Below are positions 11,083-19,437 of a stretch of DNA of 32,000 nucleotides, in pieces. The stretch covers positions 420,001-452,000 of the forward strand of contig NZ_DS995298.1 of the NCBI RefSeq assembly GCF_000155895.1, given 5' to 3'. The translations under genes and the position numbers were made by a program. A model generated the notes under the pieces. The model did not search any database. It was not told the origin of the DNA and saw only the letters and a list, made by a program, of their open reading frames with translations. How positions within the stretch are numbered: the first letter of the stretch is position 1; every line of letters begins with the position of its first letter. The DNA is from Candidatus Pelagibacter sp. HTCC7211 (GTDB lineage Bacteria; Pseudomonadota; Alphaproteobacteria; Pelagibacterales; Pelagibacteraceae).

Positions 11083-11923
11083 TAAGATTTAATTCCTCAC
11101 TTATTAAAAAATGATCATGATGAATATGATCAACATTTTTATTTAATATTAATAATTTGATTAAGTCAAAAATTGCAAAAAAAGTCTCAATTAACTTTTC
11201 AAGATTTGAAACAAAAATTTTACCAGATGCTTTATAATTTTCTAAGTTTTTCTTATTAAGAATTTTATATCCTATTTTTCTATAAACTCTTCTTGCAACC
11301 AAAATTGAAAAACGAAAACTTATTGGAATTTCATTTATTGAGTAAAATGAACTTTCGTAAAATTTTTCTGCTAGTTGCAATGTTGATTTTATATCATCAA
11401 AGTTTTCATTTATATATGATCTACCATTATTTAGATCTTCAACCACATCTCTTGAAATATTAGTCAATTGCATTGCAATACCTAAATCTATTGCTGATTT
11501 TAAAGAACTTTTCTTATTTACTTTTAAAATTTTTGCCATCATTAAACCTACTGTTCCTGCAACCCTATAAGAATAAATTAATAATTCTTTTTTAGAATTT
11601 AATTTAACTGTCTGTTTAATATCGGATTGAATTCCATCAAATAGATCATTCACAACTTTCAATGAAATACTAAACTCATCAATTATCTCCCACATATTTT
11701 TAATAATAGGGTTGTTATAATTTTTTTGGATAAAGTGATTTTTAAATGCATTGAATTCATTTTCTTTTAGTTTAATAGAATTTTTATCGTCTGCTATATT
11801 GTCTACAACTCTACAAAAGTCGTATAAAGAAGAACATTTTTTGTAAGTTTGCTTTGGTAAAAAAAAACCTGCCCAATTAAATGATTTGGCATAAATTGAT
11901 AAATAGTTTCTATTTTGGATCAT
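11069..11923 (-). CDS. crtB: Phytoene synthase
   Basis: 284 aa squalene/phytoene synthase family protein with YAKSFNWAGFFLP, Asp-rich motif 1 in YDFCRVVDNIADD and motif 2 in TNISRDVVEDL. It overlaps crtI by ATGA. Confidence 0.9.
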   Translation of the reverse strand: MIQNRNYLSIYAKSFNWAGFFLPKQTYKKCSSLYDFCRVVDNIADDKNSIKLKENEFNAFKNHFIQKNYNNPIIKNMWEIIDEFSISLKVVNDLFDGIQSDIKQTVKLNSKKELLIYSYRVAGTVGLMMAKILKVNKKSSLKSAIDLGIAMQLTNISRDVVEDLNNGRSYINENFDDIKSTLQLAEKFYESSFYSINEIPISFRFSILVARRVYRKIGYKILNKKNLENYKASGKIFVSNLEKLIETFFAIFDLIKLLILNKNVDHIHHDHFLISEELNLNERI

Positions 11924-13380
11924 AGAATTTTGTCTAATACTTTTGCAGATGATAACACTCCTGGGACTCCTGCTCCAGGGTGTGTTCCTGCTCCCACAAA
12001 ATATAGACCATCATATATTTCAGATTTGTTATGAAATCTAAAGTAAGCTGATTGAGTAAATTTTGGTTGAATTGAGAAACCTGAACCATATTTGGTGTTA
12101 AGCTCCTTTTCAAAATAATCAGGTGTTAAATAAAAATCAGAAATGATATTATCTCTTAGATTTGGCATTAAATCATGTTCCATTTTATCAATAACTAAAT
12201 CTTTCATTTTTTTACCTTCTTTATCCCAATTAATTTCTGATTGGTTATTTGGAACTGGTACAAGGACATAGAAACAATCATTTCCGTCTGGAGCCATGGA
12301 TTGATCAGTAGCTGAAGGTCTATGAAGATAATAACTTATGTCGTTATTTAATTTTTTTTTATCAAATATATCTATCAGATGTTCTTTATATTTATTGCCA
12401 AATTTAATTGTATGGTGTTCAACATTTTCATATTTTTTCTTTGTTCCAAAATAATAAACAAATAGTCCCATAGAATATTCCATTCTCTTTTTTTTCCATT
12501 TAAATAAAAATGAGCTTTTATTGTTTTCATTTAATAATTTTTCATAAACTGCTGGAGGATCTGCATTACATATTACATTATTTGCTCTAATTTTAGTTTG
12601 GTTATTTATTTGAACACCAGTAATTTTATTTTTTTCTAAAATAATCTTATTAACTTCACTATTTTTAATAATTTCTACACCAACTTCATTCATTAACTTT
12701 TCTAAACCTATAATTATATTACCAGTTCCACCCATCGAATAATGAATCCCCCACTTTTTCTCCAAGTAAAGAATTAATCCATAAATTGATGTAGTAGTAA
12801 AAGGATTACCACCAACCAAAAGAGGATGCATACTTAACATTCTTCTAAGTTTTTCGTTTTGTATATAAGAGGAAACTAGTGAATAAACTGATTTATAGCT
12901 TTTAAGTTTTAATAAAGCTGGAAGTTGTTGAAGCATGACAAATGGTTTATCAAATGGAACATCTGCTAATTCCGTAAAACCCTTATCAAAAATTTTTTTT
13001 GTAAATGTCACTAATTTTTCATAACCCTTAACATCTACTTTACTCAAATTTTCTATTTGATTTTTCATTTCTTCTTCATCACCAGAATAATTAAATTTAG
13101 TCTTATCTTCAAAAATAAATTGATACCAAATTTTTAGTGGTGAAAGTTTGATATAATCTTTTGGATCTTTTTTAAACAGTTCAAATAATTCATTAATTAA
13201 GTAAGGTGCGGTAATTACTGTTGGTCCACCATCAAATACAAAACCATCTTTTTTAAAAACTCTAGCTCTTCCCCCAAGATCAGGATGTTTTTCTATGATA
13301 GTAACTTTATGACCTTTTGCTCTAAGTCTTAGAGCGGTTGCTATTCCACCAAATCCTGCACCAATAACTATAGAATTCAT
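11920..13380 (-). CDS. crtI: Phytoene desaturase (lycopene-forming)
   Basis: 486 aa with the N-terminal FAD fold IVIGAGFGGIATALRL...IEKHPDLGGRA and the C-terminal CrtI signature YFVGAGTHPGAGVPGV. Confidence 0.93.
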   Translation of the reverse strand: MNSIVIGAGFGGIATALRLRAKGHKVTIIEKHPDLGGRARVFKKDGFVFDGGPTVITAPYLINELFELFKKDPKDYIKLSPLKIWYQFIFEDKTKFNYSGDEEEMKNQIENLSKVDVKGYEKLVTFTKKIFDKGFTELADVPFDKPFVMLQQLPALLKLKSYKSVYSLVSSYIQNEKLRRMLSMHPLLVGGNPFTTTSIYGLILYLEKKWGIHYSMGGTGNIIIGLEKLMNEVGVEIIKNSEVNKIILEKNKITGVQINNQTKIRANNVICNADPPAVYEKLLNENNKSSFLFKWKKKRMEYSMGLFVYYFGTKKKYENVEHHTIKFGNKYKEHLIDIFDKKKLNNDISYYLHRPSATDQSMAPDGNDCFYVLVPVPNNQSEINWDKEGKKMKDLVIDKMEHDLMPNLRDNIISDFYLTPDYFEKELNTKYGSGFSIQPKFTQSAYFRFHNKSEIYDGLYFVGAGTHPGAGVPGVLSSAKVLDKIL

Positions 13381-13419
13381 TTGAATAACTTATAGTTTTT
13401 TTGAAAAAATGTAAGAATA

Positions 13420-13917
13420 TTATGAGTTAATTTTTTTTAACTCTTCTTTAGTTTCGTCTAAATTTTTTTGAAATACTGCATCTAGTTTTGATTTATCTAC
13501 CGATGTTGTAATAATCTTCTTAACAGAGTCTACAGCAATTTTAATTGACGCATCTTTTATTTCTTTAATTGCAGCTTCTTTCATTTGGCTAATTTTGTTT
13601 TCAGCTAGATTTTTTTTGATTTCTGATGATTTATGAAATTTATCATTTAATTCAATTATTAATTTATCAGAATCTTTTTTAGCTTCTTCCAAGATTTCAC
13701 TACTAACTGACTGTGCCGTGTCTAATTTATTTTGAGCATTATCTAGCAATGTTTTTGCATCAGTTCTTAATTTTTCACTTTCATCAATTTCGTTTTTAAT
13801 ATCTGAAATCATTTTATTTAGTATTTCGGTAATTTTTTGTGGAATCTTAAGATAAATTAAAGCGCCAAAAAAAATGATAAATGAAACAGCTACCCAAAAA
13901 GTTGCATCAATTGCCAT
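13420..13917 (-). CDS. atpF: ATP synthase F0 subunit b
   Basis: A single N-terminal TM (MAIDATFWVAVSFIIFFGALIYL) is followed by a long charged helix. I prefer the ATG at 13917 (11-nt overlap with the b' stop) over the track start at 13950. Confidence 0.85.
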   Translation of the reverse strand: MAIDATFWVAVSFIIFFGALIYLKIPQKITEILNKMISDIKNEIDESEKLRTDAKTLLDNAQNKLDTAQSVSSEILEEAKKDSDKLIIELNDKFHKSSEIKKNLAENKISQMKEAAIKEIKDASIKIAVDSVKKIITTSVDKSKLDAVFQKNLDETKEELKKINS

Positions 13918-14497
13918 AATATTTATCTCCATTTCTTTTAGACAAATCATCCACTATTGCAGAAATACTACTATTATTTACTTCAGCACCAATAAGCTTT
14001 TGAATTAAGTCAGATGAAGTTTCAATTGCAATTGTGTTAATTTTTTCAGGAGCACTTTTACACAAAGTATTTATCTCTTCCTCTGCCTTACTGATCTCTT
14101 CATCTATTTGTTTATCAAGCACTTCTCGCTTTGCATTAATATCTTTTAATGCCTTTTCTCTAGCTTGATTGAAGATATTTTTAGCCTCCAGTTTACTTTT
14201 GGATATAATTTCCTCGTATTCTTTTAGCTTTGTTTCACTATCTTCTCTTTGTTTTTCTGCAGCCTCAATATTTTCTAATATTTGGGATTTTCGCGTTTCC
14301 AGATTGTTACTAATTTTTGGGAGTATAAGTTTAGATAAAACAATATATAAAATTCCAAACGTTAGTGTTAACCAAAAGATTTGCGAAACCCAAAATTCTG
14401 GATTTAATTGAGGCATACCTCCGCTTTCAGCTGCAAAAGCTTCCAAAGAAAAAAGGAAGCTAAAAAATATTGACTGAAAATATATTTTTTTAATCAT
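13907..14497 (-). CDS. atpF2: ATP synthase F0 subunit b' (second b-type stalk subunit, alphaproteobacterial type)
   Basis: 196 aa. The GMPQLNPEFWVSQIFWLTLTFGILY segment typical of b' is followed by a charged helix. It lies between atpE and atpF and has a signal-peptide-like N-terminal extension. Confidence 0.85.
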   Translation of the reverse strand: MIKKIYFQSIFFSFLFSLEAFAAESGGMPQLNPEFWVSQIFWLTLTFGILYIVLSKLILPKISNNLETRKSQILENIEAAEKQREDSETKLKEYEEIISKSKLEAKNIFNQAREKALKDINAKREVLDKQIDEEISKAEEEINTLCKSAPEKINTIAIETSSDLIQKLIGAEVNNSSISAIVDDLSKRNGDKYYGN

Positions 14498-14502
14498 TAA
14501 AT

Positions 14503-14730
14503 TTAAAACGCAAAAAGAATAATTAATGCAACTACCAATCCAAATAATCCTGTTGCTTCTGCTAGTGCAAAACCTAAAAGCAAATTAGGAAATTGTTTCT
14601 GTGCCGCAGATGGATTTCTCATCGCTCCTGACAAATAGTTCCCGAAAATAATTCCGATACCAACACCGGCACCAGCTAAAGCAATTGCTGCTAAACCTGC
14701 TCCGATCATTTTTGCTGCTTCTAATTCCAT
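14503..14730 (-). CDS. atpE: ATP synthase F0 subunit c
   Basis: 75 aa two-helix hairpin with a Gly-rich helix 1 (GAGLAAIALAGAGVGIG), the RNP loop (MRNPSAA) and the carboxylate in helix 2 (FALAEATG). Confidence 0.96.
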   Translation of the reverse strand: MELEAAKMIGAGLAAIALAGAGVGIGIIFGNYLSGAMRNPSAAQKQFPNLLLGFALAEATGLFGLVVALIILFAF

Positions 14731-14748
14731 TATATCCTCCTATATTAG

Positions 14749-15483
14749 TTAATGGTGTAAATTTAATGCATCATTTAAATAGATGCAGGTTAAGATTGCA
14801 AAAACATATGCTTGAAGAAAAGCAACTAGTATCTCCAAACCAGTTAATGCAACCGAAAAACTCAGTGGAAGCCATCCACCAACTATTCCAAGACTTATTA
14901 CAAAGCCTCCGAAAACTTTCATCATTGTATGACCAGCCATCATGTTAGCAAATAACCTAACTGATAAACTTACTGGTCTACTTAAATAAGAAATAATTTC
15001 TATTACAACTATTAGCGGAAGTAGTACTGCGGGCACTCCACTAGGAACGAATAATTTTAAATAGCCAAAACCATGTTTGATAAATCCAATAACTGTTACT
15101 CCAATAAAGATAAAAGCAGCCAATACAAATGTAACGATAATATGACTAGTTACTGTGAAAGTATAAGGTATCATTCCAAACATATTGCAAAATAGTACAA
15201 ACATAAAAAGCGAAAATATAAACGCAAAATAAGGTTTTGCTTTTAAACCTGCTGTATCACTAATCATTTTGGACACAAATGTATAACTAAGCTCAGCTAG
15301 TAATTGAATTTTATTTGGCAAGAGTGAATTTTTTTTTGATCCAAGATTAAAAATTATTAAAATTGCTAATGTACTAATAATCATAAACAAACTTGCGTTA
15401 GTAAAAGATATATCAAATGCTCCTACTTTTATTTCTGGTCCAATTCTATAAACATTGAATTGGGTCATCGGATTTGCTGCCAT
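14749..15483 (-). CDS. atpB: ATP synthase F0 subunit a
   Basis: 244 aa polytopic protein with the essential Arg context LSVRLFANMMAGH. Confidence 0.95.
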   Translation of the reverse strand: MAANPMTQFNVYRIGPEIKVGAFDISFTNASLFMIISTLAILIIFNLGSKKNSLLPNKIQLLAELSYTFVSKMISDTAGLKAKPYFAFIFSLFMFVLFCNMFGMIPYTFTVTSHIIVTFVLAAFIFIGVTVIGFIKHGFGYLKLFVPSGVPAVLLPLIVVIEIISYLSRPVSLSVRLFANMMAGHTMMKVFGGFVISLGIVGGWLPLSFSVALTGLEILVAFLQAYVFAILTCIYLNDALNLHH

Positions 15484-15492
15484 AAAAACTAT

Positions 15493-15768
15493 CTATTTTT
15501 GCATATTTTTTGCAGATCTAATTACTTGGGATATCCCAGCAATTACCCCCACAAAAAAAAATATTAATATAAACCAGGGTTTAGTACCAAAGATCTTGTC
15601 AAAAAAAAACCCAATAATTGTCCCCACTGCTACTGCTGAGACCAATTCGGTACTTAATTTGAAAGCTGTACCTATTGAGGAAGGACTATCCTTTTTATTA
15701 TATAAATTCTTCTTTGAAATCTTATTTTTTGCAATCTCTAAGCGAGTTTTAAACGGATCTTTTGGCAT
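15493..15768 (-). CDS. atpI: AtpI-like ATP synthase accessory protein (protein I)
   Basis: 91 aa with a basic N-terminus and two TM helices, first gene of the atpIBEF'F cluster. It is preferred over the antisense 108-aa ORF because of operon orientation and membrane topology. Confidence 0.68.
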   Translation of the reverse strand: MPKDPFKTRLEIAKNKISKKNLYNKKDSPSSIGTAFKLSTELVSAVAVGTIIGFFFDKIFGTKPWFILIFFFVGVIAGISQVIRSAKNMQK

Positions 15769-15777
15769 TTGTATAGA

Positions 15778-18351
15778 TTAAGCAACCATACTCTCTGCTT
15801 TTTGTAAATCAACAGCAACTAATTGACTAATCCCTTTTTCTGGCATGGTAACCCCGTAAAGCCTATTCATTTTAGACATAGTTAAAGCGTGATGGGTTAC
15901 AATGATAAATTTAGTGTTGGTAATTTTAATTAGTTCCTCAAGTAGGCTACAAAATCTCGTTACATTTGCATCATCTAGAGGAGCATCAACTTCATCTAAT
16001 ACACAAAGAGGGGATGGATTTGTCAAAAAAACTGCAAAGATTAGGGACAGAGCTGTTAAAGCTTGTTCACCACCTGATAATAAAGTTATTGATTGAAGTC
16101 TTTTTCCGGGAGGACTTACAAGCATTTCTAAACCAGCCTCTAAAGGATCGTCTGAATCTACTAATTCTAGTTTAGCATTTCCGCCATTGAATAGTTTTGT
16201 ATAAACTTCATTAAATTTTCTATTAACTTTTTCAAAAGCTTCAATAAGTCTCTCTCTTCCTTTTTGATTAAGTTCATTAATGCTATCTTTTAACTTAGCT
16301 ATTGCAGTAACCAAATCAGATCTATCTTGTTCCATCTTCTTGATTTCTTCTTCATACTTACTTGTTTCTTCATCAGCTTTTAAGTTTACAGACCCTAATT
16401 TCTCTCTTTCTTGTTTTTTTATATCTAAGGCGTCTTCTTGATCAACTGCGTTAGGAAGTTCTTCGATACCATTTAAATTTGAGTTTTCTAAAATATTTTC
16501 TTCGGTTAAATTTAATTCTGAACTAATTCTATCTAAGAGATCATTTTTTCTTTTATTCAATCCTTCAATAGTTGCCCCAGAACTTGCTTTTCGTTCTCTA
16601 ATTTGAATTGATTGCTCTTGAATTTCATTTAATTGAGTTCTTAAAGATTCAATTCTTTGATCTGTTTCTTCAATGATAGAGTCATTATCAATTTTTTCTT
16701 TATCTGAAATTCTTAAGTTTTCTGAAATTTGACCTTTTCTTTCAGCTTGTATTTTAGGCTGGTTATCCAATTCAGTTAATTGATTGGTAAGTTTATTTTT
16801 TCTCTCTGTCAGTTCAGCAACCATTTTTTCAGAGTTAGATAATAAATTTTTCCAACTTTCTATTTCAGTTTCTATAGTTTTAATTCTTTCATTACGTTTG
16901 ATAGACTCATTTTTGATTGATTGATTTTTACTATATGCATCAGCATACTTTTCTTGTAGTTGTTTTATGGTTTTTGATTTTTCATTTACACTTAACAATT
17001 CGCTTCTACCTTTTTCATCTTTTAAATCACTTAAGAAATTATCTAACTCTATATTGCATCTGTCTAGTAACGTGACAGCTTGATTTATTTCATTAATATC
17101 AATTAATTCTTTCACTCTATTTATAGAGTTTTTAACATTTTTAATGGGGCCAATACTTATGTTTAAGGTTCCATCTGCAATAGTGCTTACAACTTCATCC
17201 ACCGCTTCTTGTTCTTTACTCAGCTTTCGTTTTGCCTCTTCTAACTCTTCATTAGATAGTTTCTCTGTTTCAAAATACTTAGAATCTATATCTATTAAAT
17301 CTGCTTTCTCTTCTTTAAGCCTTTTTTCGTTTGAATTAGCATCAATAATAATTCCTCTTTCTCTAGAAATATCTTCATCAAGAGTTTGAATTGATTTTTT
17401 TATACTTTCAATTTCATCTTGAGTCCTCGTATTTTCTTCATCTAAGCTTTGAAGCTCAAGATTTAGTCTTTGAATTCTAGAGAGGTTTTCAATATTTTTT
17501 TCTCTAAGAGGAGACACCTTGTCAGTTGCATCTTTTATTAATTTTTCTAGTTCTGATATTTTATTATTAAAGCCATCTACTTCACCCTCAGCCTCGTTAT
17601 TAATTTCGTTTTCAATTTTTATTTCTTTATCAATTTCTAATAATTTTAAATAGTATAGCCCAGCTTCAATTTTTTTTATTTCTTCTGTAATTGATTTATA
17701 TTTAGTCGCTTCTTCAGCTTGCTTTTGTAGATTAGCTAATTGCTTTTCTTGTTGTCTTCTAAGTTCGTCTGCTCTTTTAAGATTATTTTCTGCTGCACCC
17801 AACCTAAGCTCTGCTTCATGCCTTCTAACATGTAAACCTGATATACCTGCCGCTTCCTCTAATATAGCTCTTCGGTCAGTTGGTTTTGCAGTTACCAAGG
17901 CACCAATACGACCTTGACTAATCATTGAAGGTGAATGAGCACCAGTTGATAAATCAGCAAAAAACATTTGAGCATCTCTTGCTCTAACTTCTTTATCATT
18001 AATATAGAATTTAGATCCTTTATCTTTTTCTATTTTTCTTCTTACACTAATTTGGTCAACTTCACGGTACTGAACAGGTCCTTCATTATTTTTATTATCA
18101 ACATCGATTGAAACTTCTGCAATATTTTTAGATGCTTTATTTGAAGTTCCAGAAAATATTACATCTTCCATCCCTGATCCACGCATACTTTTTGCAGATG
18201 TTTCTCCCATTACCCATCTTAAAGATTCTACAATATTTGATTTACCACATCCATTAGGGCCTACAATTCCAGTTAAGCCTTCTTCAATTAAAAAATTCGT
18301 TTTATCTGCAAATGATTTAAATCCATTTAGCTGGATTTTTTTAAACTCCAT
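15778..18351 (-). CDS. smc: SMC chromosome-condensation ATPase, unusually short (857 aa) with no recognisable hinge domain
   Basis: The N-terminal head is FKSFADKT...GIVGPNGCGKSNIVESLRWVMGE (Walker A). The C-terminal head has LSGGEQALTALSLIFA (signature) and LCVLDEVDAPLDDAN (Walker B). Everything between looks like heptad-rich coiled coil. Confidence 0.9.
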   Translation of the reverse strand: MEFKKIQLNGFKSFADKTNFLIEEGLTGIVGPNGCGKSNIVESLRWVMGETSAKSMRGSGMEDVIFSGTSNKASKNIAEVSIDVDNKNNEGPVQYREVDQISVRRKIEKDKGSKFYINDKEVRARDAQMFFADLSTGAHSPSMISQGRIGALVTAKPTDRRAILEEAAGISGLHVRRHEAELRLGAAENNLKRADELRRQQEKQLANLQKQAEEATKYKSITEEIKKIEAGLYYLKLLEIDKEIKIENEINNEAEGEVDGFNNKISELEKLIKDATDKVSPLREKNIENLSRIQRLNLELQSLDEENTRTQDEIESIKKSIQTLDEDISRERGIIIDANSNEKRLKEEKADLIDIDSKYFETEKLSNEELEEAKRKLSKEQEAVDEVVSTIADGTLNISIGPIKNVKNSINRVKELIDINEINQAVTLLDRCNIELDNFLSDLKDEKGRSELLSVNEKSKTIKQLQEKYADAYSKNQSIKNESIKRNERIKTIETEIESWKNLLSNSEKMVAELTERKNKLTNQLTELDNQPKIQAERKGQISENLRISDKEKIDNDSIIEETDQRIESLRTQLNEIQEQSIQIRERKASSGATIEGLNKRKNDLLDRISSELNLTEENILENSNLNGIEELPNAVDQEDALDIKKQEREKLGSVNLKADEETSKYEEEIKKMEQDRSDLVTAIAKLKDSINELNQKGRERLIEAFEKVNRKFNEVYTKLFNGGNAKLELVDSDDPLEAGLEMLVSPPGKRLQSITLLSGGEQALTALSLIFAVFLTNPSPLCVLDEVDAPLDDANVTRFCSLLEELIKITNTKFIIVTHHALTMSKMNRLYGVTMPEKGISQLVAVDLQKAESMVA

Positions 18352-18359
18352 GCACTAAC

Positions 18360-18938
18360 TTATATCAGTTTTTCTAGAGCTTTTTTTAAATTTTTATAAT
18401 TAAGAGTTTTTTCGAACTTTTTATCATTGATTATAATCGTAGGAGTAGCATTAACTTTGAATTTTTTAACACCATCGATTCGATCATTTAATATAAAATC
18501 TTCAATCTTTTCATCATTAATACATGCTTCGAAATTTATATTAAATCCTTCATTTTCTAAAAATTTTTTAAGATTTTGATTTGCTTCAGCGGCAGAGCTT
18601 CCTTTGACCCATTTCTGTTGATTTGCATATAAACTGTTTAAAATTTTCGAATCACCATCATTATTACATTGCGCAACTTTTGAAGCATTGAATGCTGCAA
18701 TATCTAAAGGAAAATGTCTAAATTCAATTTTAGCTAAACCAGTATCCAAATAATCCTTTTTTAAATCAGGAAGTACATCCTTATGAAAATTTGCACAATG
18801 ACTACAAGTTAAAGACTCAAAAGCAATTATAGATATTTTTGCATCAGCATTTCCTATGACAATTCTTTTAATATTCTCTGCACTTATATTTGAAATTGTA
18901 CAAAAAAATATTATTACAAAAAATAGTGTTTTTTTCAT
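18360..18938 (-). CDS. Periplasmic DsbA-like thiol:disulfide oxidoreductase
   Basis: 192 aa with a signal peptide (MKKTLFFVIIFFCTISNISA) and the thioredoxin-fold active site CSHC. Confidence 0.85.
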   Translation of the reverse strand: MKKTLFFVIIFFCTISNISAENIKRIVIGNADAKISIIAFESLTCSHCANFHKDVLPDLKKDYLDTGLAKIEFRHFPLDIAAFNASKVAQCNNDGDSKILNSLYANQQKWVKGSSAAEANQNLKKFLENEGFNINFEACINDEKIEDFILNDRIDGVKKFKVNATPTIIINDKKFEKTLNYKNLKKALEKLI

Positions 18939-19423
18939 TTTTCTTTAAATACTTTTGTTAATTCAATTAATGATTTTTTAATTTTTTCATTTTTGACATC
19001 ATTAATTTTATTTTTGTATTTAGCAATTGCGACATTTTCTTGGTTGTTATTGGGTGTTACAAAAATTTGCTGTTCATCATCAAAACTTATAAATTTTAAT
19101 TTTTCCACTACAGAATGACCAAAAAAACTATTCATTTTATCTAAAATGTTCTTTTTTGAATATTCTAAGTCAATTTCATGGCCTCTTTTTACCATTATCA
19201 ACAATGTGCTAACACCAAATCTGTTTGAATTTTTAAATGTTTTTGGATAACAAATTTTAAAAAGTTCATTTCCAACAATATATTTCCAGTTATTGAGAGT
19301 TTCAGAATATATGTGACCTTTCTTGTTAATAATTTTTTTAACACTTGTTGGTAAAGTATCTTTAAAAGATCTTAATCCTTGAAAGCTCGAATTTCTCTGC
19401 TTAATATTATTTTTAAAGGACAT
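18935..19423 (-). CDS. DUF721-like protein (conserved neighbour of mutY/dsbA/smc in Alphaproteobacteria)
   Basis: 162 aa counted from the ATG at 19423; the track's longer form starts at a TTG at 19447 that would overlap mutY. It overlaps the dsbA-like gene by ATGA. The family assignment rests on size, position and general resemblance, so it is tentative. Confidence 0.55.
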   Translation of the reverse strand: MSFKNNIKQRNSSFQGLRSFKDTLPTSVKKIINKKGHIYSETLNNWKYIVGNELFKICYPKTFKNSNRFGVSTLLIMVKRGHEIDLEYSKKNILDKMNSFFGHSVVEKLKFISFDDEQQIFVTPNNNQENVAIAKYKNKINDVKNEKIKKSLIELTKVFKEK

Positions 19424-19437
19424 TTTGAATTGACACA

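Noticed and set aside
14417-14424. GGAGG immediately upstream of the internal ATG (14416) of atpF2, considered as a Shine-Dalgarno sequence marking the true start.
   Set aside because: There is only 1 nt between GGAGG and the ATG, too short for SD function. The sequence encodes the conserved SGG of the protein. The question of the true start is retained as a separate low-interest finding.
14169-14948. Plus-strand ORFs 14169..14411 and 14685..14948, antisense to atpF2, atpE and atpB.
   Set aside because: They are antisense shadows of conserved F0 genes. Their translations are Ser/Leu-rich low-complexity strings typical of the reverse frame of Lys/Glu-rich or hydrophobic genes.
15455-15781. 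108-aa plus-strand ORF covering the same DNA as the atpI-like gene.
   Set aside because: The minus-strand 91-aa product fits the operon orientation, has 9-nt spacings to its neighbours, and has the basic N-terminus plus two-TM layout of AtpI. The plus-strand ORF would overlap both atpB and smc ends in antisense.
15902-17389. Plus-strand ORFs 15902..16096, 15966..16175 and 17144..17389 inside smc.
   Set aside because: They are antisense shadows of the SMC head and coiled-coil regions and have no conserved motifs.
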